The notes below the pieces were generated by a model that was given only the letters and a program-made list of their open reading frames with translations, was not told where the DNA came from and searched no databases. Made by a program: the position numbers and the translations under genes. A DNA stretch of 64,000 bases from Spongospora subterranea f. sp. subterranea (Eukaryota), in assembly GCA_049724395.1 (NCBI GenBank), contig JAUGWO010000008.1, positions 62,001-126,000 on the forward strand. Reading direction: 5' to 3'. Numbering within the stretch: position 1 is the first letter of the stretch; the number at the start of each line of letters is the position of its first letter. This document shows positions 1-12,908 of this stretch, one piece after another.

Positions 1-3000
1 ATCGCGGCACCGCCTCCGAGAACAATACTTTGAACGCGTTGAGATATTTGGTCTTATCTACGTCTGCATGTAGGTTCAGACGAGCCAGAGCGAGCAACAA
101 TAAAGGATGAGCGACAAGAGCGGCGGAGCGGGAGTTGATATAGCCGATGTACGATTGGAGGTGTTCACAAGCGGCTGTCCGATCGCTAGACCCAAGAGAA
201 TCCAGTTCCAGAGCCCAGAGCAGGTTGAGTTCATATGATGCGTTTGATGTTTGGTCTGATAGTTTCTTTAGCAGATTGACACCTGCAAATACAGGAGCGG
301 TATCGCTACTCTGTCCCACAAACTGTAGTTTCGATGGCAGTTCACGTCGAATTGCAGGATTATATTCTGGTGAAAAAACGAGCGTTTCGCCATCCCAATC
401 ACAGGGAAATCGAAAACTGCCGATCGGCGTATTCTCAAGATGAACAACTTTGGCAGAAAGCGAAGCCATCGGGGGCTTTGGCGTGATCGTTGAAGGCAAA
501 TAATACGAGATCGGTGTCGGATGATAGAGAACACGAGGGTGGTCAGATAATCGTTCTGCTATCTCCAGGCGCTGTGCGGCCGTTATGTCAATACAGCAAT
601 CGGCAATGACCGCGTATGGATCCCAGAATATACAGCTCTCTTGGCCTTTAACAATCGTCTGCACTGAATCGAACCCTTGCTGATTGTGTTTTTCAATTAC
701 CCAGTTTTTCGTCTGGTCTTGAAAGTTTTTTGAAGATTTATGGTCGTTGCTTTTGGGAACATCTTGCGGATTGACTAACACATGACCGACTAAGCCGATA
801 CCGCAAAGCAGAGTGCAATTGGAGTTAGAAAGGCGTTGGAAATTGTTTGATGTCCACTCTCTGAGGCACAGCCCATTCAAAAATCGGGCTTGCGATGACA
901 ATCTCCTAGAATCAAAAACGTCAGGGCAATTCTTTTTTCCGACTTGAATAAAACATGGGTGGGGTTTGAATGACACTAACGGCAGCGACAGCATGTTCTT
1001 CTGGTTTCTCTTCATGAAGTTCCTATAATTCACAAGAACCCTGATACATTGGCCCACAAACCTATCTAGAGCTTGTGATGTAAGTGGAATTCTACGTGAG
1101 GTAAGTCGCAGGTCCTGTAGTTCAACAGGAATGCTATTCTCTAGGAAAGAATCGAGGAATGAACATGGATCGGGCGGGCACCATTCTCGAAGTTCACGGA
1201 TTATAGAGTCCAGGTTGGTCAATGCACACATTGGACACTGCAATGGGACGCCCATCGAACACTGCTGAACTGCCATACGATGATCGCCAGAAGCGCATAT
1301 CCATTCGGTAGACCGACCACAATCCATGCGATCAGAGCAGCATTTCGCCTCGAAAGTCTGACCACAGACCGGATAGTTCCAGCATTGGCGTTGGCATATT
1401 TCCTGGCATAAAAACGGAGTCGTCGTATCAGACAACTCGAAGCAGTTCGCCGTACGCCAATGGCCACATGGTATAAATACTTGAACGATCTCTTTACATT
1501 TTGGTTTCGGTTTTCGGCCCAATAAGATGTCAATGCCACGAGCACAAGGTACATCAAAATCATGCCCACAAGACGAATTTTGTCGAAACACCATTGTACG
1601 TTTGCAAGACTGGAGTTTAAGGTCGTTAGGAGCGGGTACTGGCACCCCGGCGTCTTCCAAGATAACGTGTTCTGAAAACGACGAAGGAGTTCCATCAACC
1701 CACGGAACCCAACCGGCAAAATCACGATCACGACACGGCAAGTCAATCTCATGTCCACAAAGACGGTTGTGGACTTGAACGGTTGCTAAGCATTGCTGTC
1801 CACGGGAACTACGACCAGCGTGGCATTTGACTGTCGTCTCATGACCACAAAGACGACGCATACGGACCGGTTGCTCACAAAGAATCGACAAAGTGGATAC
1901 GGATGATGAGACGTGACTGTTTCCTTCAGATTCATCGATTATATCAACAGGATCGCGTGGGATTAACTTATTGCTCTTTTTCAATTTGATTTTCTCGAAG
2001 CATTGAATTGTCGCACGATGACCACAATCGGGATTCGTGACATCGACAGGCTGCTGGCAAGCACTTGGACGCAACACCTTTTCGAAGGCGGTTGAGCACT
2101 GGATCTTCTCACGATGACCGCATAACCGAACAAGTTCGACGAGACGTTTGCAGTCAGCATCTTTTGATCCATACAATTCTCCTTCATAAACTAGACCAAC
2201 TTCAAGACAGCTGTTGCCTTGCCATGCACGAAATGACATGGCGATACGGCAATTCACTTTCGCTGAATGCTTACACCGAGGAAGGTGGACGTCCAAAATC
2301 TTGGAACATTGATAAACAACTGAGCCATCCAAATAGCGGCTTGCGTGGTTGCACCCAACTTCAACGGAGTGGTCGCAATCGGGCGTATAAGTGACAAGGG
2401 ACATGCATTGACCGGCAGCAGATGGCATCTTTGAATACCTCTCAAATTCATAGCACTTGACCGTGAGCTCATGCTTGCATTGCGGATATACAAATGGGCA
2501 ATGCGCTGGTTTTTCACATCTTGGCCACGGTTGAGCACCAGAAGAATAATCCATTTCATCAGAACAAGATACGCTCTCGATATGAGAACACGGAAAAGCG
2601 ATCTTGCTTTCCACTGGACATCGATAATGGGCAATGGCCGAATCAATCTTGACCTTTCGGGAGACTCCTGGTGCAATATTATCATAGACATGGGCGCAAG
2701 TTATATCTGTTGGATGACGGATGCAAGGAGAAGTGACCCTATGTTGGCAAGTTGTTTGATGTTTTGACGAAGGAAAATGGCATTCAAGTCCACATGGATG
2801 TGAGCACCATATGCTTACGTCGCAACGTACTTTACAAAAACCCAGACCCAAATCGTTCGCGCGTCGAGCCATCTTCAGTGAATCCGGGTGTTTGGGACAT
2901 GATATGGGCAGTTCTGGCCCAATTCTGGAACCGCAGAACCCGACAAGGCTAACATCGGGTGTATCTGATGCCTCTGGAGACGAGGACAGAATGTCCAACG

Positions 3001-6000
3001 TATTTTGCCAATGAGGGACCTGACGCTGTTGAAAATATCCGATGTTTCCAACAATAAACATTCCAAGCCTTGCCTATACAAACAATCACTCATTAAGAAT
3101 CCAGGTCGCATCATGACGACGTGATTTGATAGAGATTAAATCAAGGTTAAAATATCAAACATTGAACAACCAGTAATGAGAACTTCAACTTACTCTGCTG
3201 AGGAGAACGATCATCCGATTGATGCGTTCGACAAAAGGACTTCGCGACTTAGAGTCGGCAACCAGTGAAACAATGACTACATCAGCTTCATCTCCTTGAA
3301 AACGGTCAACGGTTGACAGAATACACGAGGAAGATACAGCCGATCGTTGCAGTGAGATCAATCCAACGCTAGGGGCTTTAAGATGGTTTCGGATGTGCAT
3401 TAACTGTCCCTTATATGGCGTCAAAATTGCAATTGATGTTCTGGGAATACCGCAAGCAACCAGGTATTTCGCCAATGAACACACCATTTCCGCTTCGTCA
3501 TAGTTTACTTTCGATAGGCCAACGTTTGCTCGTCGCTGAATACCGTTGTGTGTCCAAAAAAAAAGATGTGATTGAATACCAGGCACTTCGCGTCCGTTGC
3601 TTGGCGTCGATCGAATCGCTGAATTTGTTGAGACATCGCGTGCAATCAGTTTCGTTCCGCAGACCTCATGGTCTTCGATTTCGACAATATCTCGATAATA
3701 TTCTCGCGTCAAGTCACAAATCTCTTTCCGCATGCGCCTTTGAATCGACAAGACGCTTGATGGAACTGAAGCATCGACCGGAGAAGAGATTAATCTTTCG
3801 AACATCGACACGTTGACCTTATTGATGCGTTCAAAGTCAAACTTCGACATGATTGAGGGCTGCAGCTGCAAATGATCGCCGATCATTTCTAATTTGCGTG
3901 TCGATGATCCGAGACAGGCGAACAGAAGCGGCTCTGCAACCTCGGATGCTTCTTCAACCAAGATGGCGAATGGGTTCGTAGACCGAATTGCTTCAAGTCG
4001 CGAAATACAACCAACGATTGTTCCGCCAATAACGGCTTTCCCTTCATACATGTGAGCGTTTGCCCGAATTTTCGAGTCGAAGTGATCGCGGCGAGCAGCA
4101 TTGAACTCAATGCTGAACTGATGGCTCGATTTGTTGAGCAGGAAGTAGTAAAAATCCACAAATGCTTGACAGATACTGATTCGATGAGATTGGGACATAT
4201 CCCAGGTCCAAAGATCTAGTCCTAATAAATTCTCTGGAATTTCAGCTTCCCCAGAAATGTGATCAGTTTTCAAATCTCCCGGTTCGAAACCAGAAACGGA
4301 TCCGCCCTCTCCTTCAGACTCCCAGGCCGATATATCACCGTCGGATGGCTCGTTGTCAACATTGAAAACATCGCGAAGATGTTGGACAGTCTCCGATTCG
4401 TCGATCTCGTCGGGGTTGCTCAAGTCAATCTTTTCAAACAATTCAGCATCCACTCCAGAAACTTCGGCGTCTGCTACTTCAGAAACACCGGCGTCCGCTT
4501 CCTCATTATCTTGATGGTTTTCGATTGAACCTTCTTCAGCTGCACGTAAGTCAGTGAAGTGCTCCTCAACAATACAAAAATTGTCGCTTTCGTCGATAAA
4601 ACCCTGCTCCGACTCTGTTTTCAAATGCTGAAAAATCGGTCCCGAGCTATGATTAACATCCGGGGTCTCTGAATGATCACCACCATTCAAGTGTCCAAAT
4701 GAGAAGGCGCTAACAGGATCATGGAAATCATACTGGAGATTAGGAAAATCAGTTACAGAAACGGGGATTTTGTCGTCATAAATATCAAAACCGCGTTCGT
4801 CAGATGGATTCGCAGACAGTTCTTCGGGGATTGAGGCGACGTCTCCCCGGAAATTACGATGATTGGTACAAAACGGTGAACAGGGTTCAGAATCACCTTT
4901 GCATTGCGTTTTGGTCTTGTTTCGTATCGCTATGCATCGCTGAGAAGTCGAACTAGGCGTAGTTTGGGAACCTGCGGGCTCGACTGCATGTTTAGATGGA
5001 TTCAGAACATTGATAGATTCCTCGAAAAAGGACGGAACAGGCTGGCCGCAACTTGCATGGTTGCGACAAAACGGTGATGGTGGCAGGCGGTTTGATTTAC
5101 ACTTTGCGCCTCTCCTCGTTCGCGCAAAACAGAGCGTGTCGCTGGTAAATTCATCCCTGTTTTTTACATGTGGAGTGTTGTGCTGATCCTTATGTTGTTT
5201 GCAGTACGGGATGGCAATCGAAATTGGCTCAAAACGGCAGGGTCGCGAATTGAAAGTGACAGCCTGACAATTAGCACTGTGCTTAAGGCAACGATCGGAT
5301 CCATCTACAGCGGATTCACTACAGTGCCGTCCAGAAACTAGAGCAAAACAAAGAGGATGATCATCGCAGGTATTGCGGGGTGGACTTTCTAGAGCTAATT
5401 TGGCAATGGAGTCAGGTTCCCTAAGACACTTAAAACAGGCATGCGCACGACAAAACGTCTGAGGATCCTGCAGCTTCCGAAACACACACTCCTCGGCTTG
5501 ACAAGCATGTTTGGCGCAGAATGGCTTGTCTTGTAGAACGGCCTCTGGGCAATGGTGCTCTGGATTATCGGAGCCTTTCAGACAGCGATGAAGTTCGCAA
5601 AATGAGATAACAGCATCAGTAGCGATTTTGTCGCAACGATTATGAATATCATCGACAAACGAGCATGACGGAGGGGGGTAAACCCAGATATCCACTTCAG
5701 CACAATTTCATGCGGGTTGATTTCGGCATCATAATGCCTTATACCATCATATAATGATGACATATCTGACGTCTGTAATAGGGAAAGTTCTGAAGACAGC
5801 AGCAGATCTAAACCATCTTCGTCAATTGTCTCGCCCGCCTTCATGAGAAAGGGTTTTGACTTGGCCAGCAAAGAAACAAGCCCTGAGACTGCTGAGTAGA
5901 CCCCCACCCGGGCTGTTTTCAAAGCGTCTTTATTGTGAGGATCGATCTGCTCGACTTCTTGGACGGCAACGTTGTAAGCATCCAATGGTGAAAATGCTTT

Positions 6001-8245
6001 CAGCAACGAGCGGCAGGCGTTACGTCTTCGATGAATTTCCGATAGTTTTCTTCGAGTTGCAGTGACAGAAGCGTCACCAGCGCGGTTGGCTTGTTCCGAA
6101 TAAGCCATCAGACGAGGCTCATTACAGGAGCCACCGATTCGAATAAGAGATCTAGGTGTCAAATGATCACTCTTGACTAGATCGACCAGAAATTCGTCGA
6201 TCGCGTGGTTCTTGTAGCTTAGAACAAGAATTGGGGGCTCTCCAACGGAAGGGCAAACTTGTTTCCAATAATCGCGGATAAGAAGCAACGCCCGAACAAT
6301 GATAACGCCCAAATAGGATTTTCCGGTACCGGGAGGACCTTGAGTTAAATGGACTTGATGTCGAAGTGATTCAAGAAAGCTTGTCAGCTGACCTTTATCC
6401 AAGGTGGCGCCTGATACAAGACGAGCCATTTTCGTTTCCAACTCACTGCAAAGAGCGGCATCGCGGCGGATGTCGATGACAGGATCGAGCTCACTCCTTT
6501 TAATCATGTCGCTAATCAGCGATTCTAGGCTGATTGTTGGACAGAGCGGCTCATCTATGACTTGGATTGCGGCACAATGACGACCACATAAATTGAGAAG
6601 CTGACCAGCTTTGAATGGTAACTGGTCCTGCTGCTGTAAGTTAAGCGCTTTTAAAACAGGAATGAACTCAGGCACGAACGTCTGACAGTCGATAATAGCA
6701 AATCTGTCACCTTCTTGTACATTGATCGAACGACGTGAGGCATCATCTGGGCATGATATCAAAGTGGCAGTGACGCAACCTTTTTCACGATATTGATATT
6801 CATGGTAGGACTCGCTGGGGTTATGAAACCCGATTTCAGCCCAGAGAATAGGATCTGTAAGTGCTAGTGATGCACCTGGCGTTGCTTGCTTGACAATTCC
6901 AATGAGGTTTGGAGTGGATAAGCGACTTGTCGTTCGCCAATGGATTGCTTCAGTGGGCGGTCGTCGACTTTTTACCTTGTGAAAGAAGATGCGATCGTCA
7001 AAATTGATGTTAGATACAACCGCATCATAAACATGGGTACAGGCACTATTACCAGATCCTCCCAGAAGTTCTAGTCTTGCAGAGCGGGCACATTTACCAC
7101 AGAGACCAGAAGAATGACGGCTGTTTCCACACGCCAATATCACAAGATTATGGCATCGAGGAGTACGGCAATGAAGTCTTTCCCCAGATTGATTCCCTCT
7201 TAGAGACCAGAGAACGTTACCGCAAACGCGTTCGCCTTCTTTGACACGACACTTTGGTGACAGTGCACTGTTGCCGTCGCCAAACGTCATGGCGGTCCAT
7301 AGGCGAGTGACGGTATTGAAATACTCGTCCGTGCTTTCATAAACCCCTTTCGAAGAAGAAGTGGGAGTTTGCATCTTGGGCAAGCTCGGAGGTTCAAATA
7401 AAGCGGGTTTGCATAACCAGCCCACCGTTGCAGAATGCCAATCATTATGCAAGTCCAGGTCGACAGGGCCATCTTCTGCCTCAACGATGCCGGTATTTTT
7501 AGCCTCAGACCCTGCGATCTCCTGGTCAATTTTGATAGTCCAAGGCTTTTCAAACTCGTTCAGCAGATCGAGAATTTTGCTTTGAAAGTTCCGGTGCTCC
7601 TGCAGCGAGAAATGTAACCCAGATGCGGCGCGGTTCAGCATCGATTCTAAACCTTGGCGGACTTCCGCTTGAGAACTTACCCATTTAACCTTTAAAAGTC
7701 GCTAACCACCATAGTCAATACAGAGTACAAGAATCTGTGGGAGTGATACCTACCACTACAAGGTTGAATATAATTTGGACGGCTTCGATATCCTCATCAG
7801 GGTCCCCTCCAGTAAAACATCGCTGGGCAAAACTTGAGACCGCTCCTGAACATTCCATAATCGGTGGTGGCTTCATGTTTGATGAAAATGGCATCTTAGC
7901 CAACGTCTCGATGAGAGTCCGGAGACAGTTTTTATCCAGAATGGTTGGAGTTCGCCAGAATTCCAGCCACTGTTTCTCGTGGTGTAAGACAGATTTGGCT
8001 AAAGCATCGCCGTCCTTGTTTCGCCATAAAGCAAACAATTTTGCCGCGTCTTGCGTTCCGATTGGTGATGGGCTACGACGTGGACTACCACTGCGTCCAC
8101 GACCACGGCCACGATAATTTCCTCGACCAGCTGCATACGAGTTGCCACCCCTTCCACGACCATGATGACTTCCTCGACCTGTTGCGCTTCCCCGAGGCCC
8201 TCTCCAAGTAGAGCTGGCCCCTCCTCGCCTCATTGTCTCTCCCAA
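1..8245 (-). CDS. ZNFX1: ZNFX1-like superfamily-1 (Upf1-like) RNA helicase with Cys/His-rich zinc-finger arrays; 3'-partial
   Basis: Motif I QGPPGTGKS, Ia YKNHAIDEF, II ILVEEASEV, III IGDHLQL, TVDRFQGDEAD; motif VI LLSR|ARLGMFIVGN is joined across a GT-AG intron (3074-3193). First intron ~7702-7753. The last exon (3073 to <1) is an unbroken ~1020-codon frame with many C-G-H/C-x-H NFX1-like fingers, missing from the ORF track because it has no stop in the window. RGG-rich N-terminus. One frameshift at ~5670. Confidence 0.88.
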
Positions 8246-9379
8246 AACTCAATAACAAAAGCCGAAGTAGAAGACAAAAATATCCCCAGCAGCTGCAGCT
8301 GTGGAAAGCCACACGCGTCTGTCTGAGATTACCTGCTGCACATCTATAAATAAACGCCACACATTCAGATCAAAGATAGCTAAGAATAGCCCGAGCTGTC
8401 GACTGCTGACTCAGTCATGCAGCTTTGGATTTCCGCTATCGACAGTTATCCCACTTATTTACGCTTGCTATCATCACTGCGACAAAGTCCGAAGGGCTTG
8501 GTTTCGGGTCGGCTGGCAATTGCTTTGAATACCGTCGTCGTTGTCGCTGTGAATAAATCTCGGAAAAAAATGCTGATCGAGAGCTAAACGACACTGGTCC
8601 GCAAAGTCGATATATTTGGCCTGAAAACACTGTATCAAGAAAAATAATTTGGGGAAACGTACTCCGGTGTTGTTTCAGCTGTCTAGTCTCGACAAATTTC
8701 CAAGGACTTTTTTGTATGGCAGCTGGCACGGAATTCTCAACGGCCGCACTACAATAAGCCGGGTATTGGACATCGTTATCACATAGATATCACCGAGACC
8801 AACAATCTGACGATTCAAATTTTGTCATAAGTCGAAAACTCAGTGCGGAGTTCACGTTCGAAAAATTTACCTTTTTGAAATTGGCCAGTGGTCAAAATAT
8901 ATGCGTACAAAGGTGCGTACGCATCTTTATAACTGCGTGCGTCACGCATCATATAACTGTGAAAGTCGCATCCTATAAAATGCGACAGTAAACCTAAAAA
9001 ATGCGATGAGGAGATTGAATACAGTTGTAAAATATTTTGGAATTTGATGATGAACATTTTTGCCACTCTTTTCCGCCCATTGTTTCTTCAGGTCTCCAAT
9101 GACGTCCGCTGATATTCCACGTTGTGACTTGTATTGTTTGCAAACGAAAGCAACTACTCGACCTCCAAGACCATTCTTGTAGGCGTCTCCAAAGCGAATC
9201 GCCAGCCGAAACCGTTTGCGGTCAAAGGCTAGTGGAATTTTTATCCAGGATCTGTGGCGCCTTGTTGCGTAATCTGGGAAACGAATAATCGCATTGTTCC
9301 GCGACAAATAAATTTGCCCTTCCCCATGCCATTTCTATTGGGTTCAACTCATAATGGAATTTTGCCAACATTCCAATGA

Positions 9380-9590
9380 AAAATCTGCTTCCAACTCCAA
9401 AATTCTGGTCAGACAGTATGTAGGAATTTCTGGATTCTGGAGTTTGTTAATTTTGCAGTCTTTACAAATATCGGTGCATTTGCCATGTTCTGAGAGAAGC
9501 CCCGTTCTTGTACAACATGCGGACATTACTTTTGCTTGTCCCGCAAAACAGGAAAATCTGTGATTGTGGAACAGGAGTTGGGTCAATCTG
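9380..9590 (-). pseudogene. Degraded DDE (Tc1/IS630-like) transposase fragment
   Basis: GQAKVM...GLL...C..C....YCLTRILELEADF resembles the GxxKG...ERG / CCxRRxLxxQxDF block of fungal and protist Tc1-like transposases; recognised by eye only. Confidence 0.4.
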
Positions 9591-11786
9591 ATTTCGCTAA
9601 ATGTATACAGTAGATAATTAGTTTATGGTATCGCGCATTGAAGGGTGTTTGCCTCCGGGATTCACGTTCATGGAAATCTGAACTGCACAGATTTTCAATA
9701 ATATGCTGTCAATCATGTTCTTGTTTGTTGCGACAAGCAAGTTTCCTTGTCGTCATCTTGCAGCCTCTGCAGCAGCAGTACGTTTCCCGACATCGTAAGC
9801 GGGGCATCACAAGCAAATCTCGTTTATATGCTCTCCGCAGGAATGTTCGGTAGGTAAACATCGACGAAGTGGGTTTGATCGACTGGTGCATAAAAACCCT
9901 AACAATCCAAACAAAACGCCAACGTAACTTGGTATCTGCAAAGACGTGTATGTTTTGAGGGCACAGCGCAAACAAGATTACTTCGGCTTTCTTGGCTCGC
10001 CTGCCTCAACACCTTGCAAGATTCATGGGATGACATTCAATATAACCTCATAGGCAACATCAATATCAATCAGCTCTTTCCGCGCTTATCCTGGACAACA
10101 ATCCCTGCAGACCACAGTCAACTGATTGGACAAAAACCTGTTAAACTATTGCTCTCAATGCTCGCGATTGAATATTACAATCTGGTAGACCTGTGAAAGC
10201 CCTAATCGACTCAGGAACCACCTTGGGAATCTGGTTTTCACCAGAAATCCTTTCCCGACGCAAAATGGGCAAACAAGACAAAAAAGTATTGCAGTCATTT
10301 GGTAGCAGCAATCAACCACATCATCTGTTGGCCCTTTCACGTCGTTGGGCTTAAACTCAGAAATGGGGGCCATCGCGACCCTTCTACTCACGATCATGAT
10401 CGGACATTTGCGTCGTGCCATCTCGAAAATCTTGAACAATGAAATGGATGTCATGTCGTCTTAACGCGTGTTCGTGACCTTCCACTAGAGACGCGAGACT
10501 GTCCTTGTTACTTGACATAAGAGTTTGAAACGGCTGATCCAGTTGTGACAGAAACACATTCACCACTAATGTGACCGGTACGTATGCCCACCGGCTACGA
10601 ACATTCTTTCAGATGTCGACAAACTTACTCAAAAAACAATATGAAGAACTTGACGGCCGGAATGCCCTAGTCGAATGGTAGATGTATGCCTAGCTGGCGC
10701 AGCGGATTGGCTTCATCTTGGTGACGAGTCTTAGAACTACCTGAGTTGTTGTCAACTTGTTGTTTCTCATACGAAGTAATATCCCAACTATTGCCTTAAG
10801 TCGGATCTTGCTCAAGATATGTGTCGAGGCCCATTGATATCTGTCCCAATTGGCTCCATCAAACCCTGGAATGAACTGAGCCGATGCGGTTCTGTTATTC
10901 CAATTGTAGATGGCCTCAGGAGAGGTGTTACATCTCTTTCTCTCCCGTCGTGTTCGTATCATCTCAAGTATGTAGGGCGTTGGGACTCTTAATCTGACAG
11001 GCGGGACACTGGTAAGGAACAAGTTCTTTTGACTTTCTTCTTCGTTTCGACTGAAGTTCGAACACACCCCTTCGATTTTAACACTGGAATCAGTAAGGAG
11101 TCTCGAAGTTTCGTGACAGCGTTTTTTCGAAGCGGCTTTGTGAAATTGTTTGTTAGCTATCATCGGACTCGTCTACTGCGATTTGTTGACTGAAATTACC
11201 GCGGGCAATTAGATATCGTGCGTCAATAGGTTTGATTCGAGGTTTACCATTCAAGAAATCAAAAGACCTTGTTCCATAAACGAGTGTCTCGCTTACCAGC
11301 TTACGAGTCCCCTACTTGAGGTGATACGACACGAAGGAGCGAGAGAACGGGACACTTTCTCGAATGCAATTGTACGAGTTGCGATAGCCAAGAGGTCGAA
11401 TGATGTGGAAATGATTCCCCTTTAATTTGGCAGACGGTTGATTGAGAGTGACACTCAGCGATGGGACTTCAAATGTGCGGGTTTGGAAGCCGTAGTTGAC
11501 GAGACTTCGTTGATGCTACACCAGTATTGCCATTCAATTTGTTCGAGGCAAACGACCTCAGTTGATGATATTAAATGCGATCCGTTCACTCTCGCACCCA
11601 CAGTGCCGATGCCACTCCCCATCTATCAAAATCGGGTCCTTTGGTTTTGTGGGTGTGTGTGGTGGGCAGATTGCGCTGGATCTGCAGATTGTGGGGAAGT
11701 TGGTAAACCCTGTAACCATCTAAAGGCCGTGTTCGAATACAGTTTTACTCGAGAAGGTCATGGCAGGGAGAACACGTGGTGCAACA

Positions 11787-12370
11787 TCAATTCGGCCAGG
11801 TCAAGCCGTCGTTACAAGGGGAAAAGTGCGCCATCTTATCGACAACCATCAAAATGGAGTTGAAACCAGTTGAGAATTTGGTAGCTGCTACCAATAATTT
11901 CGAGTGAAATGGATGGGTTGAATTTGTTGGAATGGGCAAAGGGCGCAGCAGAGCAGTTTTGTCATGCGCTGGAAACGTTCGCAAGATTAAACAAAACGAC
12001 GAGTAAAGCTGGCCTTCCCTGACCACCAGCAAACACCAAAATTGTCGGTTCACAGCTTACAGCATTTCCCGTCGACCGGGGTGACCTTCTAATGTCGTGT
12101 CGAACAATTCGTCGTGGAAGTGACAGGGCCTGATGATGTTGCGGATGTAACGGGCAGTAATGGGCCAGCGTTGAAATGCCTTCTGATAATAGTTAGGCTC
12201 GCTGAAGTTTCAAACTGAGTCATGTCACTGAATTTCGTATTCGGATCGTCGCGAAAGCGTGTCTGGCTGAAACAAGAGTCACCCTGATGTGGCTGATAAA
12301 CAATTGATCAGCGAGCGTGCCGGCGTGTGAATATTCCGACGTTGAAACACATCGCAAGTTTATACATAAT
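11787..12370 (-). mobile_element. Ty3/gypsy RNaseH-integrase remnant
   Basis: LLRPLPIP...GFNSILMVVDKMAHFSPC matches the gypsy integrase N-core; interrupted by stops and frameshifts. Confidence 0.75.
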
Positions 12371-12520
12371 GAGCTGGAGGAATCGCGACAAAACACAGAC
12401 TCGGGAAGCGGGAATGTGACGAACTGAACAGGACTGAGGCTAGCTTTAGCAACGAGCAGATCAAGGAATATACTGCTGCGGTTTCGTTTTAGTTAAAGTT
12501 TGGGCATATTGGTTGCGTTA

Positions 12521-12712
12521 TTGAGCACCCGCGACACTCTGCTGTAGTGCAATGCAGAGATCACGTGCGCCCGTGTGGATGGCAAGCCAGAGCCACAAAC
12601 GAACCGGTATCAAAAATAGTCGTGAAAGTGTTCCCAGTGGGAACAAGAACTTTATCACGAGTTCTAGAACAGATACTACACTTGATCTTAGCCAAAAGGC
12701 CGAGAAGGTTGA
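12521..12712 (-). ncRNA. U2: U2 spliceosomal snRNA (copy 1)
   Basis: CTTCTCGGCCTTTTGGCTAAGATCAAGTGTAGTATCTGTTCT (stem I and branch-point recognition GUAGUA), Sm site ATTTTTG, stem-loop IV loop ATTGCACTAC; about 190 nt. Confidence 0.96.
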
Positions 12713-12736
12713 TCATACCGGTCCATCACATGCTGG

Positions 12737-12775
12737 TTATATACCGACAATACCAGAATTCTCCGTTATGGGACC
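12737..12775 (-). promoter_or_regulatory. snRNA promoter (USE-like GGTCCCATAA + TATATAA) of U2 copy 1
   Basis: Same two motifs at identical spacing upstream of all three U2 copies while the spacer sequence differs. Confidence 0.8.
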
Positions 12776-12908
12776 CATGATTGGCAGTCCAACAATGTAC
12801 AAATTACACTGACCACGGCGTCATCAACTGGGCTCCGAGCCACTGGTATTCAAGGGTTATTGCTCTGGATTCGCCCGTCAACTTGGCGATTTTCTCAGGG
12901 GGCACACC

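Noticed and set aside
147..3114. Many short ORFs listed in the track
   Set aside because: Shadow frames of the long open minus-strand ZNFX1 exon
8436..11300. Possible genes in short minus-strand ORFs
   Set aside because: No recognisable domain or consistent exon chain apart from a weak transposase trace; left unannotated
12547..12812. Repeated small ORFs (MQRSRAPVW..., also at 35.3 and 45.4 kb)
   Set aside because: They are translations across the U2 snRNA genes
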